From Mobula hypostoma (Eukaryota), in NCBI RefSeq assembly GCF_963921235.1, contig NC_086118.1, forward strand, positions 16,308,001-16,372,000: a DNA stretch of 64,000 nt, in the 5' to 3' direction. Of the stretch, positions 22,990 to 35,457 are shown in pieces (position 1 is the stretch's first letter; each line of letters starts with the position of its first letter). The notes under the pieces are model-generated. The model saw only the letters and a program-made list of their open reading frames with translations. It was not told the origin of the DNA and did no database searches. Both the position numbers and the translations under genes were made by a program.

Positions 22990-25780
22990 GGCTTGGGAGC
23001 TCAACGTTCAGGGATATTCAATATTCAGGAGGGATAGACATGAAAGAAAAGGAGGTGGGGTGGCGTTGCTGGTTAAAGAGGAGATTAACACAATAGAAAG
23101 GAAGGACATAAGCCGGGAAGATGTGGAATCGATATGGGTAGAGCTGCATAACACTAAGGGGCAGAAAACGCTGGTGGGAGTTGTGTACAGGCCACCTAAC
23201 AGTAGTAGTGAGGTCGGGGATGGTATTAAACAGGAAATTAGAAATGTGTGCAATAAAGGAACAGAAGTTATAATGGGTGACTTCAATCTACATGTAGATT
23301 GGGTGAACCAAATTGATAAAGGTGCTGAGGAAGAGGATTTCTTGGAATGTATGCGGGATGGTTTTTTGAGCCAACATGTCGAGGAACCAACTAGAGAGCA
23401 GGCTATTCTAGACTGGGTTTTGAGCAATGAGGAAGGGTTAATTAGCAATCTTGTCGTGAGAGGCCCCTTGGGTAAGAGTGATCATAATATGGTGGAATTT
23501 TTCATTAAGATGGAGAGTGACATAGTTAATTCAGAAACAAAGGTTCTGAACTTAAAGAGGGGTAACTTTGAAGGTATGAGACGTGAATTAGCTAAGACAG
23601 ACTGGCAAATGACACTTAAAGGATTGACAGTGGGTATGCAATGGCAAGCATTTAAAGATTGCATGGATGAACTACAACAATTGCTCATCCCAGTTTGGCA
23701 AAAGAATAAATCAAGGAAGGTAGTGCACCCGTGGCTGACAAGAGAAATTAGGGATAGTATCAATTCCAAAGAAGAAGCATACAAATTAGCCAGAAAAAGT
23801 GGCTCACCTGAGGACTGGGAGAAATTCAGAGTTCAGCAGAGGAGGACAAAGGGCTTAATTAGGAAGGGGAAAAAAGATTATGAGAGAAAACTGGCAGGGA
23901 ATGTAAAAACTGACTGTAAAAGCTTTTATAGATATGTAAAAAGGAAAAGACTGGTAAAGACAAATATAGGTCCCCTACAGACAGAAACAGGTGAATTGAT
24001 TATGGGGAGCAAGGACATGCAGACCAATTGAATAATTACTTTGGTTCTGTCTTCACTAAGGAGGACATAAATAATTTTCCAGAAATAGTAGGGGACAGAG
24101 GGTCCAGTGAGATGGAGGAACTGAGCGAAATACATGTTAGTAGGGAAGTGGTGTTAGGTAAATTGAAGGGATTGAAGGCAGATAAATCCCCAGGGCCAGA
24201 TGGTCTGCACCCCAGAGTGCTTAAGGAAGTAGCCCAAGAAATAGTGGATGCATTAGTGATAAGTTTTCAAAACTCGTTAGATTCTGGACTAGTTCCTGAG
24301 GATTGGAGGGTGGCTAATGTAACCCCACTTTTTAAAAAAGGAGGGAGAGAGAAACTGGGGAATTATAGACCAGTTAGCCTAACGTCGGTGGTGGGGAAAC
24401 TGCTGGAGTCAGTTATCAAAGATGTGATAACAGCACATTTGGAAAGCGGTGAAATCATCGGACAAAGTCAGCATGGATTTGTGAAAGGAAAATCATGTCT
24501 GACGAATCTCATAGAATTTTTTGAGGATGTAACTAGTAGAGTGGATAGGGGAGAACCAGTGGATGTGGTATATTTGGATTTTCAAAAGGCTTTTGACAAG
24601 GTCCCACACAGGAGATTAATGTGCAAACTTAAAGCACACGGTATTGGGGGTAAGGTATTGATGTGGATAGAGAATTGGTTGGCAGACAGGAAGCAAAGAG
24701 TGGGAATAAACGGGACCTTTTCAGAATGGCAGGCAGTGACTAGTGGGGTACCGCAAGGCTCAGTGCTGGGACCCCAGTTGTTTACAATATATATTAATGA
24801 CTTGGATGAGGGAATTAAATGCAGCATCTCCAAGTTTGCGGATGACACGAAGCTGGGTGGCAGTGTTAGCTGTGAGGAGGATGCTAAGAGGATGCAGAGT
24901 GACTTGGATAGGTTGGGTGAGTGGGCAAATTCATGGCAGATGAAATTTAATGTGGATAAATGTGAAGTTATCCACTTTGGTGGCAAAAATAGGAAAACAG
25001 ATTATTATCTGAATGGTAGCCGATTAGGAAAAGGGGAGGTGCAACGAGACCTGGGTGTCATTATACACCAGTCATTGAAAGTGGGCATGCAGGTACAGCA
25101 GGCGGTGAAAAAGGCGAATGGTATGCTGGCATTTATAGCAAGAGGATTCGAGTACAGGAGCAGGGTGGTGCTACTGCAGTTGTACAAGGCCTTGGTGAGA
25201 CCACACCTGGAGTATTGTGTGCAGTTTTGGTCCCCTAATCTGAGGAAAGACATCTTTGCCATAGAGGGAGTACAAAGAAGGTTCACCAGATTGATTCCTG
25301 GGATGGCAGGACTTTCATATGAAGAAAAACTGGATGAACTAGGCTTGTACTCGTTGGAATTTAGAAGATTGAGGGGGTATCTGATTGAAACGTATAAAAT
25401 CCTAAAGGGATTGGACAGGCTAGATGCAGGAAGATTGTTCCCGATGTTGGGGAAGTCCAGAACGAGGGGTCACAGTTTGAGGATAAAGGCGAAGCCTTTT
25501 AGGACTGAGATTAGGAAAAACTTCTTCACACAGGGAGTGGTGAATCTGTGGAATTCTCTGCCACAGGAAACAGTTGAGGCCAATTCATTGGCTATATTTA
25601 AGAGGGAGTTAGATATGGCCCTTGTGGCTACGGGGATCAGAGGGTATGGAGGGAAGGCTGGTGCAGGGTTCTGAGTTGGATGATCAGCCATGATCATAAT
25701 AAATGGCGATGCAGGCTCAAAGGGCCGAATGGCCTACTCCTGCACCTATTTTCTATGTTTCCTATGTTTTCTATGTTTCC
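22990..25780 (+). mobile_element. Young CR1 LINE, 5'-truncated ORF2 (APE endonuclease + RT) with a single frameshift near 24020
   Basis: ORFs 22946-24031 (GGGVALLVK, GVVYRPP, MGDFN, ILDWVL, SDH) and 24028-25674 (KSPGPDGLHP, NYRPVSLTS, YLDFQKAFDKVPH, GVPQGSVLGP, FADDTKL); tail (ttctatgtt)x3. Confidence 0.97.
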
Positions 25781-25949
25781 CTGGAGCAGGTAGCTAAAGG
25801 TCTGGTGTCTTGTGGATGCCCCATGGGCTCCAATGAACAAGTTAGTGATGTCTTGGAGCTTGGTATATGCACAGGCCTGGGCATCATCTACATATTGCAG
25901 CCCCATTGCAGAAGTTCAGTTGTCATTGATTCTGGAGTGAAATCACTGT

Positions 25950-27035
25950 AAAGTCATAAGGATTTATACCGCACAGAAAAAGACCCTTCACTTCACCATA
26001 TCCACACTGAGCTTTTTACCCATCTATACCAAACCTATGTAATGCCCTGGTTCACATCTTTACTGTTATGCTGTAGGTATTTCACTTAGCAGGTCTGTAA
26101 GAGCTGCTGTTCTGCTTTCAGCCTGTTTGGGTTATTGTTGAAGATAAGGGATAATGTGGAATCCAATTAGCGGGAGGTTTTCTTGGTGAGGGACGATAAG
26201 GTTGGGCATGGGGCTTTTGTTTGAGGGGAGACGAAAAGAGAAGACGCTGGGGAGAACCAGTTGTAGCATGTGATCTAGTGGGAGACTGTTTGTTTGAGTT
26301 GGATTGTGAGCAACGTTCGTAAGGTGTGTGTGCTTTCACGTTGACCGAGGGCCCAGCTTGTGAGTGACAGAGAAGTTCTAGATGGGCTCCAACTTGTGCA
26401 CTTTTGACTGTTTATTTAGAATGGGTCCTTTTGCTTTTGTTATTCTTTACTAACCCTTCAATTAAGATTCATAAATATAATTCCTTTAATCATATGCAGT
26501 GTGCTGTTTGTTATTTTGTGGCATTAATTTGTAACAGGGTAGCAAATGACACAGCTCCACACAAACTGAGGTTTGGGACGGTATCAACCGTGCCTCATTC
26601 TCACGAGTTTGGTGGGACCCGAGGTTGTCTTCCCTAGACTTATGCAGCCAAGGAAACCAAATTGGTTTCACCTATATTCCTCCATGATCTCAAATCCATC
26701 TAAGCCTTGACTTTCTAAGTGTCATTCTAAATACATCTTAAATGCAGCAAATGTACCTGATTGCACCACCTCATTTGGCAGCATATTAACGACTCTCTGT
26801 CTGAAATAAGTACTCCTTAGTTCCCCTTCCTCTCACCTTAAACACATGACCTTTTGTTTTTGATATCCCTACTACGGGAAAAAGGATTTTTTCTTACCAC
26901 TTTCTCATAATCTTGCATACATCTAACAGCTCATCTCACAGCCTCCAGGGAAAGCAAACCCAGCCTATCCAATCTCACCTCCCTAACTAAAGTCCTCTAT
27001 TTCAGGCAACATCTTGGTGGATCGCTTCTGCAATG
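25950..27035 (-). mobile_element. Old CR1 3' fragment interrupted by a solo LTR
   Basis: Minus-strand tgcagaagcgatccaccaagatgttgcctg and downstream CR1 C-terminal/UTR similarity on both sides of the LTR. Confidence 0.65.
26038..26670. mobile_element. Solo LTR (633 bp)
   Basis: TGTAATGCC...GGTTTCA termini; 4-bp TSD CCTA at 26034-26037 and 26671-26674; no coding sequence. Confidence 0.85.
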
Positions 27036-28832
27036 AAGAGGGAAAAAGAGATCATGAAGTATCCTTGGCAAGGAAGATTATGGAGAACCCTGAGACAATC
27101 CAAAAACCAGCACTCAATACCAACACGACTAAGAAGGGAAGCTCGGGAGAACACACACCATTACTCAAAAAGCAGTCAACAGTTGAAACGGTGAGCAGCA
27201 TTAAGTTACTGGGTGTCAACATCTCAACAATTATCCTGAGCCCAACATAGAAATGTAATCATGAAGAACGCTTGCCAGTGGCTCTACATCATTAGGAGAT
27301 TGAGGAGATTTCGAATGTGACGAAAGACTCTTCTAGATTTCTATAATTGGAGAGCACCCTAACTGCTTGCATTACAGTCCGGTGTGGAGGCTCCGTAGTA
27401 CAGGATCATAAGAGGCTATAGAGGATTGTGAACTCAGCAAAGTCCTTTCCAATTTTTTAATTATTAATTTTACATATAAGAATACAGAGTACAAGAAAAA
27501 AATATCAATATATTATACTAAATCGCATATAAAAACTCTTTACCCTGTATTCATACAGATTAATTAACTCATAACATTGAAATATAGTAATATTATTGTA
27601 TAAAAAAACTAATCCTCTACCAAGACTGAAAGCTGATTAGTAAAGAAAAAAGGAAAAAAAAATTATTAGTCATCATCTATGCTTTAACAGCAAATCAAAG
27701 GTTTTGAAAATAACTCAGAAAAGGTCCCCACAATGTTTGAAAGTCTTGACTAGATTCAGAGATTGAACATCAAATCTTCTCTAAATTTAAACATGACATC
27801 AAATCACGTAACCATTGAGCATGAATAGGAGGGGCCACATCTTTCCATTTAAGCAAGAGTGTCTTTCTGGCCATAAGAGACATAAAAGCCAAAATGTGCA
27901 AGTCAGATGACTCCAAAATATTATCCTTTCCTCCAACAATACCAAATAAAATGGTCAAAGGTTTAGGCTTAAAGTTTACTTTGAAAAGTATTGAGAAAGT
28001 TTGAAATACTTCTTTCCAATATTTTTCAAGACTCGGCCATGTCCAAAACATATGAATGAGTGAAGCTTCTCCATTATTACATTTATCATAATACAGAGAT
28101 ATATCTAAATAAAAACGAGACCACTTATCCTTGGTCATATGGGCCCTATGGACCACTTTAAATTGCAGGGGAGAGTGGCGGGCATGTAATGATGAAGTGT
28201 TAACCAATTTAAAAATTTGATTCCAAGTTTCCTCAGAAATTGAAGTCTGTAAATCTTGTTCCCAAAGATTTTTAATTTTATCGAAAGGAACACTTCTCAT
28301 TCCCAACAGCATATTGTAAATATTAGAAATAGATCTATTATAAAAAGGTTTCAAATTAAAAGTTACAGCTAGTAGATTCTTATCAGGACTTTTAGGAAAT
28401 GTACTTATTTGAGACCATAAAAAATCTCTTATTTGTAGGTATTGAGAAAAACAAGTTTTGGGTAAACTATACTTAGTTGACAGTTGTTTAAACAAAAAGA
28501 GATTTCCCTCTACAAATATGTCCTGAAAGCATTTAATACCTAATCTATCCCATTCTTCAAAAGCCACATCAATCATAGAGGGTTTAAAAAATAATTAGAA
28601 AAAATGGGAGTCGAAAGAGAAAATCTCAATAAGCCAAAGTATTTTTGGAATTGTATCCAAATTCTCATAGTGTATTTAACTACCAGATAATCAGTTAACT
28701 TACTCAGAGACAAAGGAATGAGGATCCAAGAAGAGAAATAATAGAAAATTTATTAACAGAGCTAGCTTCTAAAAAAAAACCCACATCAGTCAATCCTCAC
28801 GATTACTGTAATATAACCAAAATGTAAGATTT

Positions 28833-31800
28833 CTTCTGCTGCCAACTTTTTCCATTGAGCAGCAACTTTTGAAATCTAAAAGTCAATTTTATATACATGA
28901 GGATAAGTCAGATAAACTGTTGGCCGGTCAACTTAAAGCAACTATGGCTAGAAGGCAGATTTTGAAAATACGCAGAACTGATAGAACTGAAACGTCAGAT
29001 TGTCAGGAAATTAATAAGGTATTTCTGGATTTTTACTCTAACCCTTATAAATCTGACCTTCCAGACAATACTACTTATATGAATAGATTCTTGCAAAGAT
29101 TGAATATACCCAAAATTTCTATTCAAGATATGAATGCATTGGAAGTGCCTATTAAATGAGAGGAAATAGCAAAGGCTATATCCTCTTATCCATCAGGTAA
29201 AGCTCTGGGACTGGATGGATTTACAGTAGAATTTTTTAAGACTTTTACTGAAATACTTATACCTCATTTGTGCCAAATTTTCACCGATTCTATATTCTTT
29301 GGGACCCTTCCGAAAACTTTTTATGAGGCATCAATTTCATTAATTCCCAAAAAAGAAAAAAGATTTATCTGAATGTGCCTCTTACAGACCAATTTCTTTA
29401 CTAAATGTGGATTCTAAAACTCTTCCTAAGATTTTGGCTAACAGGCTCGAGAATATTTTACCTAAGGTTATTTCTAAGGATTAAACTGGATTTATTAAGA
29501 ATAGATATCCATATTTTAATATTCGAAGATTATTGAACATTATTCATTCCTCTCTATCTAAAGAATCTGACTGTGTTGTTTCCCTTGATGCAGAGAAAGC
29601 CTTTGATAGGGTGGAGTGGTTTTATTTATTTGAGGTTTTAGAAAGATTTAATTTTGTCCCAGGTTTTATTTCCTGGATTAAGCTGATCTATCGAGCTCCT
29701 ATGGTGGCAGTTATAACTAACAATCAAAAATCTCCTTATTTTAAGCTATACAGAGGTACCCGGCAGGGTTGTCCTCTTAGTCCGCTGTTATTCAACCTGA
29801 GTTTAGAACCTCTTGCTATTGCCCTTCGGGACTCCAACAATGTTCAATGTATTAAGAGAGGAGATAAAGTGCATAAGGTTTCGTTGTATGCAGATAATTT
29901 GTTAGATTATATTTCAGATCCTAACAAATCTATTCCTTCTATATTATCTATATTTTCTGAATTTAGTAGTTTTTCTGGATATAAATTAAATTTACATAAA
30001 AGCGAGTTATTTCCTATTAATAACTACTTGGATCACTACAATCAAATTCCTTTTAGCACTGCTAAAAATAACCTTACTTATCTTGGTATTAAAATTACTA
30101 AAAATTTTAAGGACCTGTATAAATATAACTTTCTTCCAGTAATTGAATACACGCAACAAATCTTTTCTAAATAGTCTCCTATGACATTATCATTAATTGG
30201 TTGAATTAATGCTATTAAAATGATAGTTCTACTGAAGTTCTTATATGTATTTCAAGCAATCCCTTCCATTGTTCCTAAACTGTTTTTTGATAGAATAGAC
30301 CCTAAAATTTTATCTTATATTTGGAATAATAAAAATCCTAGATTGATTAAACCTCTATTGCAGAAATTAAAAACGTATGGTGGTATGGCTTTGCCAAATT
30401 TTAGAATGTATTACTGGGCAATTAATATTCTATGTATTTTGTTTTGGATTCATTATTCAGACATATATGACTGTCCTTTATGGGTGGATTTGGAGAAAAA
30501 CTCGGTGAAGGGGTCTTCTTTGGCCTCTTTACTGGGAGCTCCTCTTCCTTTTTTGCTTTCTAAGATTGGCAGTCGAGACCTCAATCCCATTATTAAAGAT
30601 ACATTAAGAATTTGGTTTCAGTTTCATAGATTTTTGGAGTTTAATAACTTTGTTCTTTCTAGTAAAATATATCTTAATTATTTTTTTAAACCATCAATTT
30701 CAGATCAGACTTTTTTAATTTGGAAAACCAATGGAATAGTAACTTTTTAAGATCTGTTTATGGGGGATTGTTTAATGTCTTTCACTCAGTTAGTGGACAA
30801 ATATGACTTATCTAATGCACACTTTTTTAGATATTTACAAATTAGGAATTTTTTATGTAGTTTACTTCCAAATGTTCCCTCTGCTTATCCACCCAATATG
30901 ATAGATGCCCTTTTACAGGTTAAGCCATTTCAGAAAGGACTGATAGCTATAATTTATAAATGGTTATTGAATTTGCGAATGGTATCTATCGATAAAATTA
31001 AAGGTGCGTGGGAATTGGAATTCCGAGAGTCACTTTCAGATAATCAATGGGATAAAATTTTTCATTTGGTAAATACTTCATCTATTTGTGCCCATCAGTC
31101 CTTGATACAGTTCAAAGTAGTGCATCGGGCACATATGTCAAAGGATAAATTAGCCTGTATTTTTCCCAATATTAATCCTATTTGCGACAGATGTAATATT
31201 GAGGTGGCTACTTTAACTCATATGTTTTGGTCTTGTATCAAGATAGATAATTTTTGGAAAGATGTCTTTAAAACTTTATCAAAAGTCTTGAACTTGGACC
31301 TACAACCGAATTTATTTACAGCAATTTTTGGGATCATTCTGCTGGAAGCAGGATATAAGCAACACACAAATAAAATGCTGGTGAATGCAGCAGGCCAGGC
31401 TGCTTCTATAGGAAGAGGTACAGTCGATGTTTCGGGCCGAGACCTGACCTGGCCTGGCCTGCTGCGTTCATCAGCATTTGTTGTGTGTGTTGCTTGAATT
31501 TCCAGCATCTGCAGATTTCCTCATGGAAGCATGATATATTCCTGTTTCCACTCAATGGATGATAACTTTTACAACTTTATTGGCTAAGAGAGCCACTTTG
31601 CTTAAACGGAAGGACTCTAATCCACCTACTGTTTTTTACTGGCTTTCCTCCATTATGTCCTGTCTAAGTTTAGAGAAAATAAGAGGTCGGACATTTGATG
31701 CATCCTTTGAATTTGAAGAAACCTGGAGACCTTCTATTCAATATTTTCATACGGTTTGATTTATTGCTCTTCTAGTTACTTTCTCGAAATTCTGGATTTG

Positions 31801-32169
31801 ATCAGAAAGTTTTTCTTTCTTCTTGTTTTTACTCTCAGTATGGGCTGCCCAGTCCCTTTTTTCTTTTTCTTTTTTTATCTTTTGTTTTTGTTTATACAGA
31901 ATAGTGGGGTTCTTTTTTTTATATATATATAAAAATTATAAAAGTTTCTCTATCTTTTTTTCTCTTTATGAAATGATAAGCGGAGGATTGATTTTCTTAT
32001 TTTTTATTATATATTATTAGATTATCACTATGTATGATCTTGATCATGTTTATTTTACCTTTTATATGTATTGTTATCGATGTACATATTTGAGATAATT
32101 CTCCTCTTGTTTGTATATATGTACTTTTTTAAAATTAATAGAAAGATTGATAAAGAAAGAAGAAGAAGA
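28833..32169 (+). mobile_element. L1-clade LINE (inner), 5'-truncated ORF2 with stops, 3' UTR and A/GAA tail
   Basis: ORFs 28869-31759: SGKALGLDGF, SYRPISLLNVD, SLDAEKAFDRVEW, GTRQGCPLSP, LYADN, CDRC..LTHMFWSC; TSD aagattt (28826-28832 / 32170-32176). Confidence 0.94.
31358..31523. mobile_element. Penelope terminal mini-insert in inverted (hairpin) arrangement
   Basis: Arms agcaacacac...gcagcaggccagg / cctggcctgctgc...gtgtgttgct; 15-bp TSD tggaagcaggatata / tggaagcatgatata. Confidence 0.88.
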
Positions 32170-33409
32170 AAGATTTTTTATATTAACCGCCCAATAATAA
32201 AATCTAAAGTTTGGTAAGGCTCATCCTCCATTCTTTTTATCTTTCTGAAGATGAATTTTATTTAATCTAGAACGTTTATTCTTCCATATATAAGATATAA
32301 TAGAGTCAAGAGAATCAAAAAAAGATTTCGGAATAAAAACAGGCAATGTCTGAAAAAGATATATAAATTTAGGTAATATATTCATTTTCATAGAGTTAAT
32401 TCAGCCAATCAGCGATAATGAAAGAGACGACCAATTTCATAGTATCCTTTTTATGTGATTCAATAGGGTAAGAAAATTTTCTTTAAATAGACGCTTATAG
32501 TTTTTAGTGATTGTTGCACCTAAGTAGGTAAATTGGTTGCTTACAATTTTAAAAGGAAGGTTAGAATTTGTTGGTATCAAATTATTCAAAGGGAAAAGTT
32601 CATTTCTATGTAGGTTTAATTTATAACCTGAGAACTGGCTAAAACAGGAGAGTAGAGAAAGCACACGGGGTAACAAAGTCTCAACATTAGAAATAAATAG
32701 CAGCAGATGATTAGCGTACAGCAAGACTTTGTGAATAGTGTCTCTCCTTAAAATACCAGTGATATCATCAGATTCTCGAAAGGCAATGGCTAAAAGTTCT
32801 AAGGCCAGATCAAAATGCAAAGGGCTCAATGAACAGCCTTGTCTAGTGCCACGTTGAAGCTTAAATGTTTTGGAATTATGAGAATTAGTGATAACCCTAG
32901 TGGAAGGAGCTAAATAAAGTAATTTAATCCATTGAATGAAAATGGGTCCAAAATTGAATTTTTCTAAAGTTTTAAATAAATAATTCAATTCAAACCTGTC
33001 CAAAACTTTCTCAGCATCTAGGGATACCACACATTCCGATATCATGAGCAAGGTCCATCACAGGCACAACTCTTCCCACCACTGAGAATATATTCAAGAA
33101 ATGGTGCTTCAAGTGACTTTCATCAGTAAGCACTCCCACCATCCAAGATATGCCCTCTTTGTAAATACCATCAGGGAGAAGGTACAGGAGCCTATAAACA
33201 TCACTCAGCAATTCAGAAACAGCTTTTTCCCCTATGTCATCAGATCTCGGAATGGTCCATGAACCCATTAACAATACCTCATTAGTCCTTCTTTTGTACT
33301 ACTTATTTTGTAATTTACAGTTAATTTATGTCTCTACACCGTGCTACTGCTGCAAAACAATAAATTTTGCATCACATAAGACAGCGATAATAAACCTGAT
33401 TCTGAATTT

Positions 33410-33545
33410 GTAAGAAGGCAGAGGCCACTCAGAGATAGTCAGCATGGCTTTGTGTGGGGTTCATCCTGCTTCACTAATCTGATTTCTTTCAGCAGGTATC
33501 TTAGAAAATTGATGAAGACAGGGCAGTAGATGTTGCCAAATATGA
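33410..33545 (+). mobile_element. Short CR1 RT fragment
   Basis: SQHGFV..SCFTNLI..RAVDV. Confidence 0.65.
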
Positions 33546-33726
33546 ATTTAATTGTTGCATTTTCTGCAAGTTTCACCTATAAGTCTGCACTGGTCTGGTG
33601 TATGTGAGCCTCTGCCACAATGGTAGTACAAAACAGGATGCATACAAAGAGCATGTCAGGTAGATAAAAGTAAATAGACTGCACAGAGAAGAGAAAGATA
33701 AAAGGTCAAGTTGCAGTTTCAAAAAT

Positions 33727-34270
33727 TAGTAGTAGAGCTACTAGGACTTGATGTTTCAATCCCCATGGTAAGTTGGCACTCTCGATGTTGGCAGTGGGTT
33801 TGGAGTGGTGACAAGGAGGGAGGGTAGGTACGTCATCGGGGTCATCAGGTGGGCACCCTCCTTCTTTGACGTTTCGTTGATAAGCCCACAACGTCTCCAG
33901 AGGGCTCAACGGTGCTACCTGGCGTTTCAGATACACCCCCTCAGTTCCATACCCTCCTGTCTTCATCTTGCAGCCCAGTTGTTGTTTTTCCTTCTAATCC
34001 AAATCCAATTGCTGCTTTCTTCTGCTGCGTTTGACAAGGACTTGATTGCTTGTTGGAGGGAGTGACCCCTCACCCCCATCTTCTTCAATAGATTGGTTGT
34101 AGATGTAGCAACGAATCCCCTGCATCCCACTTCTACAGGGAAAATCTTGGTCTTCCAGCCATTCTGGGCAGCTTCAGTTGCCAGTTCAGAGTACTTGGTC
34201 TTTTTCCTCTCATAAGCTTCTTCGACACCATCTTCCCATAGTACTGTCAATTCCACAACATATGCCAGCT
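33727..34270 (-). mobile_element. HERO/NeSL-type RLE non-LTR retrotransposon 3' end (restriction-like endonuclease + UTR)
   Basis: ORF 33963-34256 VELTVLWEDGVEEAYERKKTKYSELA...FPVEVGCRGF...AAEESSNWIW; short (CTA)n tail. Confidence 0.8.
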
Positions 34271-35015
34271 TAATCTGATGCTGTTGATGAATAATCTGAT
34301 AATGATGAGTGTGACACAGGACTGGTAGCCTTGAGATTTATGTAGTAAAAACTAACAGGAGACAAACAATATGGCTTACACCAGAAGTGGATGGCACATT
34401 AATTAAGATGGATTTGGACACTGACTCAGCTGTTTCAGTTATTCCACAAAATGAGTTTGAACAGCATTTCAAGGATATTGAACTGAAGCCTGCAGATATC
34501 CAACTAAGAGCTTATATTAGAGAAAAGATAGCTTTAGTGGCAATGACATCTGTAACAATGGGCTTGTATGTGGTAAAAACAGGAGAGCCTGCATTGTGGG
34601 GCTGTGATTGGGTGAGACAACTACAACTTGATTGGAGATCCATCCACCATTTGCATGCCACGTCCCCTGCAAAAGGGTCGACGGAAAGTCAATGAAGAAA
34701 GGTACTGGATGATGCAACAGCAGTGTTCAAGGATCACACTGGAAAACTGAAACATATCTAGTTCCTTATTCCACTCATGATAAAATATCCAGTGAGATAG
34801 ATTGCATGGAGCCTGAAGAAATTCTTTCCAAGGCTGAGTGGAGACATGGGCAATGGCAGTGGTCCCAGTAGCCACTGTGGTGATTTTAAGGTCACAATCA
34901 ACCGAGTACTGAAAGTAAATCTATACTCCCTGCCCAGGATAGAGAATATCCTTGCAAACCTTTCTAGAGGAAAACACTTCAATAAGGTGGACTTGGCTGA
35001 GGTCTACCTTTAGAT

Positions 35016-35096
35016 CAGGGGTTCCCAGCCTGGAATCCACGGACCCCTTGGTTATTGGTAGGGGTCCTTGGCATAAAAAAGGTTTGAAACCCGCTG
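35016..35096. mobile_element. 81-bp hAT-Charlie-like MITE inside Gypsy RT
   Basis: CAGGGGTTCCCAGCC ... GGTTTGAAACCCGCTG; 8-bp TSD ctttagat / ctatagat; removal rejoins DLAEVYL-MEMEEESK. Confidence 0.85.
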
Positions 35097-35457
35097 CTAT
35101 AGATGGAGATGGAAGAAGAGTCCAAAGTTCTTCTCACCATAAACAATTACAAAGGGCTTTATCACCATAACAGGCCTATTTTTGCAGAAGCATCTGCACC
35201 TGCACTGTGGCGGAAAGCTATGGACCAGGTGCTGCAAGGCTGCCCAGGCACTCAGAGTTACCCGGATGACATCATTGTTACCAGTAAGGATGACAAGGAA
35301 CATCTCCAAAATCTCAAGACAGTGCTAAAAAGATTAGAAGCCTATGGGCTCAGAGCACAATGCAACTAGAGTGAATTCTTTAAGCCAAGCATCACTTACT
35401 GCGGTCACACCTTTGACTCACGAGCATTACACAAGTGTGCTGAGAAAATTCAAGGGG

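Larger units (their letters stand above)
27446..33046 (-). mobile_element. L1-clade LINE (outer), 5'-truncated ORF2, split by a second L1
   Basis: ORF 32437-33051 SLDAEK..RGTRQGCSLSP..LYAN..FSGYKLN; ORF 27770-28576 QFKVVHRAH..KC..ASLIHMFW; TSD agcaaagtcc (27436-27445) / agcaaggtcc (33047-33056). Confidence 0.92.
27100..33405 (+). mobile_element. Rex1/Babar 3' fragment split into ~27100-27445 and 33047-33405 by a 5.6-kb L1 nest
   Basis: VETVSSIKLLGVNIS, LYIIRRLRRF on the left; SITGTTLPTTENIF, PSGRRYRSL, aataaacctgattctga tail on the right. Confidence 0.8.

Noticed and set aside
22946..22990. ATG start giving an apparently complete 361-aa protein
   Set aside because: The first ~15 codons are flanking DNA fused by chance to a 5'-truncated CR1 endonuclease
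23008..25286. Antisense ORFs of 93-146 aa opposite CR1 ORF2
   Set aside because: Shadow frames of the coding strand with no recognisable motifs
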